Positions 60,041 through 64,000 of a stretch of DNA of 64,000 nt are shown here, in pieces. The translations under genes and the position numbers were made by a program. The notes beneath the pieces are model-generated. The model was given only the letters and a program-made list of their open reading frames with translations, was not told where the DNA came from and did not search any database. The stretch's first letter is position 1, and every line of letters begins with the position of its first letter. Source of the stretch: an uncultured Acidobacteriota bacterium (GTDB lineage: Bacteria > Acidobacteriota > Thermoanaerobaculia > Multivoradales > JAHEKO01); assembly GCA_963713825.1 (NCBI GenBank), contig CAVQNG010000001.1, forward strand, positions 256,001 through 320,000. Direction: 5' to 3'.

Positions 60041-61429
60041 ATGAGCAAACCGGAAAAGACCACTCAGGCAACCGTGCTGATCGTCGACGACGAGAGCGCC
60101 ATCCGCGACAGCCTGCGAATGGTCCTCGAGTACGAGGGCTTGAACGTTGTGGAGGCCTCCAGTGGAGACCAGGGGCTGCAGCAAGTTCGCCGGGTCCAGC
60201 CGGATGCGGTGCTCCTGGACATCAAGATGCCGGAGTTGGATGGACTCCAAGTTCTGCAGCTTCTCCGGGAGCGTGGGTACGAGATGCCGGTCATCATCAT
60301 TACGGGACATGGCGATATCTCGACTGCTATCGAGGCAACGCGCAAGGGTGCATTCGATTTCTTCGAAAAGCCTCTGCAGCGCGACCGGGTTCTGCTGAGC
60401 TTGCGCAATGCCCTCGAAAGCTATCGGCTGCAGCAGGAGAGTCAGACCTATCAGGTTCGGGCCGACGAGTTGATCGGTTCTTCGGAGCCGATGCGAAAGC
60501 TCCGCGAGACAATCAAGAAAGCCGCGCCTTCGACCGCAACGGTGTTGATTACGGGTGAGAGCGGCACCGGCAAGGAGTTGGTTTCGAAGGGGCTTCATCT
60601 CCTCGGCTCGCGTCGCGACCGACCCTTCGTGCAAGTCAATTGTGCGGCCATTCCAGATGAGTTGATCGAATCCGAGCTCTTCGGACATGAGAAAGGCAGC
60701 TTCACGGGAGCGGTTCGCAAGCAGGTCGGCAAGTTCGTGGCCGCCGACGGTGGCACGATCTTTCTCGATGAGGTCGGCGACATGTCACCGCGAACGCAAG
60801 CGAAGGTCTTGCGGGTGCTGCAGAACGGGGAAGTCGAACCCGTGGGGTCGCATCAACTGGTGAGAGTCGATGTGCGAGTCCTGGCGGCTACGAACCGGTC
60901 GCTCGAGGAGGAGATCGGCGAAGGGCGGTTCCGCGAAGATCTTTACTACCGCCTGAATGTCCTACCGATCGGCACACCTCCACTGCGGGAGCACCTCGAG
61001 GACATACCTGAGCTGGTGGAATACTTCGTCCGCCGCTATGCGGCTGCCAACAACTTGCGTCCCAAGGAGTTCTCGGACTCCGCCATCCGCAAGCTCCAGA
61101 CGATGGAGTGGAAGGGCAACATCCGCGAGTTGAAGAACATCATCGAAAGACTGTTGATTCTGGGAGAGGACGCTTCGATCGAGGGCTCGGATGTGGCGGC
61201 GTCGTTTGGTGGTCAGCAGAATGACCTGACCGCCCTGCTGGGCTCCGCAACCACGCTGAGGCAGTTTCGTGAAACCGCGGAGCGGCTCTTCCTCGTCGAG
61301 CAGCTCGACAGGAACGACTGGAACGTGACGCGGACTGCGAAGGCCATCGAGACGCCGAGAAGCAACCTCTACAAGAAAATGGAGCACTACGCCATTCAAC
61401 GGGCCGGAAGCAATGACGAGGACAACTGA
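60041..61429 (+). CDS. Sigma54-dependent response regulator (REC-AAA+-Fis HTH; NtrC/NtrX family)
   Basis: VDDE, LDIKMP, GESGTGKE, ESELFGHEKGSFTGA, FLDEV, FREDLYYRLN, WKGNIREL, HTH RSNLYKKM. Confidence 0.95.
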   Translation: MSKPEKTTQATVLIVDDESAIRDSLRMVLEYEGLNVVEASSGDQGLQQVRRVQPDAVLLDIKMPELDGLQVLQLLRERGYEMPVIIITGHGDISTAIEATRKGAFDFFEKPLQRDRVLLSLRNALESYRLQQESQTYQVRADELIGSSEPMRKLRETIKKAAPSTATVLITGESGTGKELVSKGLHLLGSRRDRPFVQVNCAAIPDELIESELFGHEKGSFTGAVRKQVGKFVAADGGTIFLDEVGDMSPRTQAKVLRVLQNGEVEPVGSHQLVRVDVRVLAATNRSLEEEIGEGRFREDLYYRLNVLPIGTPPLREHLEDIPELVEYFVRRYAAANNLRPKEFSDSAIRKLQTMEWKGNIRELKNIIERLLILGEDASIEGSDVAASFGGQQNDLTALLGSATTLRQFRETAERLFLVEQLDRNDWNVTRTAKAIETPRSNLYKKMEHYAIQRAGSNDEDN

Positions 61430-62006
61430 AGCCTGGTTGCGGCAGCAGCTGATCGACACCGGGGCGCTGCTGGAGGGGCATTTCCTGCTCTCCTCGGGTC
61501 TCCACTCCGCCGGCTATGTGCAATGTGCACTGCTGCTGGAGAATCCTCGCCGAGCGCGGCAGATCGGCGAACGACTCGCCGAGCAGTTGTCGGATCTGGG
61601 GCCGGATTCCGTTCTGGCGCCAGCCCTCGGAGGACTGCTGATCGGTCACGAGGTGGCGGCCGCTCTCGATGTTCCCTTCCGATTCACGGAGCGGGTGGGG
61701 GAGGGAATGGCACTGAGAAGGGGATTCGCTCTAGAGCGGGGTGAGAGGGTCGTGCTGTTGGAAGATGTGGTGACAACCGGCCGATCTTCTCTCGAAGCGA
61801 TGACTGTGGCCAGAGATCACGGGGCTCGAATCGTCGGTGCGGGATCGATCCTCGATCGGACCGGAGGGAGCAACCCTTTCGACGTGCCGTTTCGAGCTCT
61901 GCTGGCCTTGCGCCTCGAAACCTACCCCGTCGAATCCTGTCCACTCTGTGCGGCAGGCGACCCGGTCGTCAAGCCGGGCAGCAGACCGGCGCGGTCGGGG
62001 GAGTGA
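61413..62006 (+). CDS. pyrE: Orotate phosphoribosyltransferase
   Basis: GHFLLSSGLHS, EDVVTTGRS, CPLC...KPGSR; overlaps the regulator stop. Confidence 0.93.
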   Translation: MTRTTEAWLRQQLIDTGALLEGHFLLSSGLHSAGYVQCALLLENPRRARQIGERLAEQLSDLGPDSVLAPALGGLLIGHEVAAALDVPFRFTERVGEGMALRRGFALERGERVVLLEDVVTTGRSSLEAMTVARDHGARIVGAGSILDRTGGSNPFDVPFRALLALRLETYPVESCPLCAAGDPVVKPGSRPARSGE

Positions 62007-62019
62007 GAGTGCCGCTTTC

Positions 62020-62048
62020 TTGACCCCTCGAGGGGCGGTTGCTACGAT
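62020..62048 (+). promoter_or_regulatory. Sigma70-type promoter for the acyl-CoA dehydrogenase gene
   Basis: TTGACC-17 nt-TACGAT with extended TG; palindrome CCCCTCGAGGGG in the spacer. Confidence 0.6.
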
Positions 62049-62109
62049 CGCTAGCGTTCAGCCTGTCCCATTTCTTTTCGACGATTTACTCCCAGTTAGA
62101 GTCGAGATC

Positions 62110-63255
62110 ATGCATATCGAGCTCAGTGAGGAACAGTGTTTATTGCGAGACTCCGTTCGGGAGTTTGCAGAAGAGGTCGTGCGGCCTCGCGCCAAAGAGA
62201 TCGACGAGACTGGGGAGTTTCCGCGACAGTTCTTTGCGCAGGCTGGAGAGCTCGGACTGACAGGGGTGGCGATCCCGGAGGAGTACGGAGGTGCCGGAAT
62301 GGACCCTCTCTCCTACAGCATCGTCATCGAAGAGATCAGCCGGGTTTGTGCGAGCAGCGGGGTGATCCTGTCGGTCAACAATTCCCTCGTTTGCGACCCG
62401 ATCCTGAAGTTCGGCACCGACGAGCAGAAAGACGTTTTTCTGCAACCACTCGCCCGAGGTGAGAAGCTCGGTTGTTTTGCGCTGACGGAACCCGAGGCTG
62501 GTAGTGATCCAGCGGCGATTCGTACGACGGCAGTGCGAGATGGCGAAGAGTACATCCTCAATGGCAACAAGGTGTTCATCACGAGTGGTACGGACGCCGA
62601 CGTGGCGATCGTCTTTGCCACTGTTGACAGGAGCCTGAGGCACAAGGGAATCACCGCGTTCATCGTGCCGGCCGAGACCACTGGCTACAGTCACGGCAGC
62701 CATGAGTACAAACTCGGGGTCAACGCCTCCGGCACGACAGAGTTGTCGTTTGCGGAGATGAGGATTCCCGTGACTCAGAGACTGGGCGAGGAGGGCGGCG
62801 GGTTCAAGGTGGCAATGAGTGCCCTCGATGGCGGCCGGTTGGGGATTGCCTCACAGGCCCTCGGAATCGCTCAAGGGGCGTTCGAAGAAGCTCTCTCATA
62901 CTCGATCCAGAGAGAACAGTTCGGGCGTCCGATCGCCGATTTTCAAGCGATTCAGTTCTATCTCGCGGACATGTCTACGGAGATCGACGCCGCCAGACTC
63001 CTGACCTGGAAGGCGGCATGGGCCAAAGGCTCGGGCCGCAGGTTCAGCCTCGAGGCCGCTCAAGCGAAGTTGTTCGCTTCCGAGATGGCGCAGAGAGTCA
63101 CCAGCAAGGCTCTGCAGATCCACGGGGGCTATGGCTACATTCGGGAGTACAACGTCGAACGGTACTTTCGAGATGCGCGGATCGCGGAGATCTACGAGGG
63201 CACGAGCGAGATCCAGAAGATGGTGATTTCAAACTGGGTGCTGCAGAACACTTGA
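62110..63255 (+). CDS. Acyl-CoA dehydrogenase (short/branched-chain type)
   Basis: FALTEPEAGSD, NGNKVFIT, REQFGRPI, QIHGGYGY, IYEGTSEIQ. Start placed at ATG 62110. Confidence 0.95.
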   Translation: MHIELSEEQCLLRDSVREFAEEVVRPRAKEIDETGEFPRQFFAQAGELGLTGVAIPEEYGGAGMDPLSYSIVIEEISRVCASSGVILSVNNSLVCDPILKFGTDEQKDVFLQPLARGEKLGCFALTEPEAGSDPAAIRTTAVRDGEEYILNGNKVFITSGTDADVAIVFATVDRSLRHKGITAFIVPAETTGYSHGSHEYKLGVNASGTTELSFAEMRIPVTQRLGEEGGGFKVAMSALDGGRLGIASQALGIAQGAFEEALSYSIQREQFGRPIADFQAIQFYLADMSTEIDAARLLTWKAAWAKGSGRRFSLEAAQAKLFASEMAQRVTSKALQIHGGYGYIREYNVERYFRDARIAEIYEGTSEIQKMVISNWVLQNT

Positions 63256-63359
63256 GCGCCAAACTGGGCACACATTGGGTAGCAATCAACCTGTTACAAT
63301 CGAGCCGCTTGAAAAGCTCAGAGACTGGTTTTCAATGAGCTGAGCGATTTGGAGAGCCT

Positions 63360-64000
63360 ATGAGTAAGACGATTCTCTTGGCCGACGACAGCCTGACGAT
63401 CCAAAAGGTGGTCGAGCTGACTTTCATGGAGGGAGACTACAGCGTCTCCTCTGTCAGCAACGGTGACGATGCCTTGAGTCGCCTCGACGATTTGGCGGTA
63501 GACCTCGTAATCGCTGATATCCATATGCCCGGGGCCTCGGGGTATGAGATCTGCAAGGCCGTGAAGGATCGCAATCCAGACACTCCTGTGCTGCTATTGG
63601 TAGGCACTTTCGAGCCGTTCGAAGCTGCCGAGATGGAGGAGTGCGGTGCCAATGGGCATCTCAAGAAGCCCTTCGATTCGCAAGAGCTCGTTCGTCTCGT
63701 GGAGGAGATGTTGGGTGACGGCGATGGCGGGGAGCGAGCATTCGAGCTCCATACAGTCGAGGAAGGTGCTGACGGCGGAAGCGGGGAAGAGGATCAGGCG
63801 GCAATCGACGCGTCGGGTTTCGGGGCAGTGGTCACCGAGTTTCCGACGGGCGAAGCGGATTCTGTTGAGTCCTTCGAGGTCGAGATCGGTGAGGCTGGAG
63901 AGGACAGTGCAGAAGAGGTGGCAGTGGAGGAGTTCGAGGAGACCGTGGAGCCAGAAACGGAGGTCCAGGTGGAGATCGAGGATCAACAGGCTATAGCACT
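63360..64000 (+). CDS. Response regulator, RomR-like (REC plus acidic low-complexity linker), truncated by the window end
   Basis: Manual translation: MSKTILLADDSLTIQKVVELTF...IADIHMPGASGYEICK...VLLLVGTFEPF...KKPFDSQEL, then a Glu-rich region with no stop before 64000. SD-like GGAG; TGnTACAAT at 63292. Confidence 0.85.
   Translation, partial: MSKTILLADDSLTIQKVVELTFMEGDYSVSSVSNGDDALSRLDDLAVDLVIADIHMPGASGYEICKAVKDRNPDTPVLLLVGTFEPFEAAEMEECGANGHLKKPFDSQELVRLVEEMLGDGDGGERAFELHTVEEGADGGSGEEDQAAIDASGFGAVVTEFPTGEADSVESFEVEIGEAGEDSAEEVAVEEFEETVEPETEVQVEIEDQQAIA

Noticed and set aside
60700-60712. GSFTGA instead of GAFTGA as a sign of a sigma54-independent regulator
   Set aside because: GSFTGA is a common natural variant that keeps the F-T-G-A core, so it is not evidence of lost function.

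Overview
A GC-rich (roughly 60% by eye), gene-dense stretch of bacterial core chromosome. Gene content and order suggest Acidobacteriota; this is an inference from a Gram-negative lpxB/msbA pair, scpAB-rluB-cmk, rimP-nusA-infB-DUF503-rbfA-nrnA-truB and myxobacteria-like signalling proteins. It starts at an EcoRI site and may be a clone end. I found about 52 CDS, tRNA-Gln(TTG) and an RNase P RNA, and no CRISPR array, transposase, integrase, prophage or defence island. Most genes are housekeeping: translation, DNA repair, lipid A, CoA and RNA metabolism. I found no obvious multi-gene novel system. The best leads are regulatory: (1) a near-consensus sigma54 promoter with a candidate enhancer palindrome upstream of degP, next to an orphan NtrC-family activator; (2) a RomR-like polarity regulator at the right edge, missing from the ORF track; (3) an unassigned ~130-nt rod-shaped RNA structure between the Leu dehydrogenase gene and queG; (4) an HD-GYP phosphodiesterase appended to the rpsO-pnp operon; (5) a J-like/TPR protein with HPS in place of HPD, and a cNMP-FHA fusion, flanking rnpB. 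rpsA and nusA each carry a 1-nt frameshift, most likely a sequence error, that hides a long acidic tail. All product calls come from motif recognition; no database search was run.
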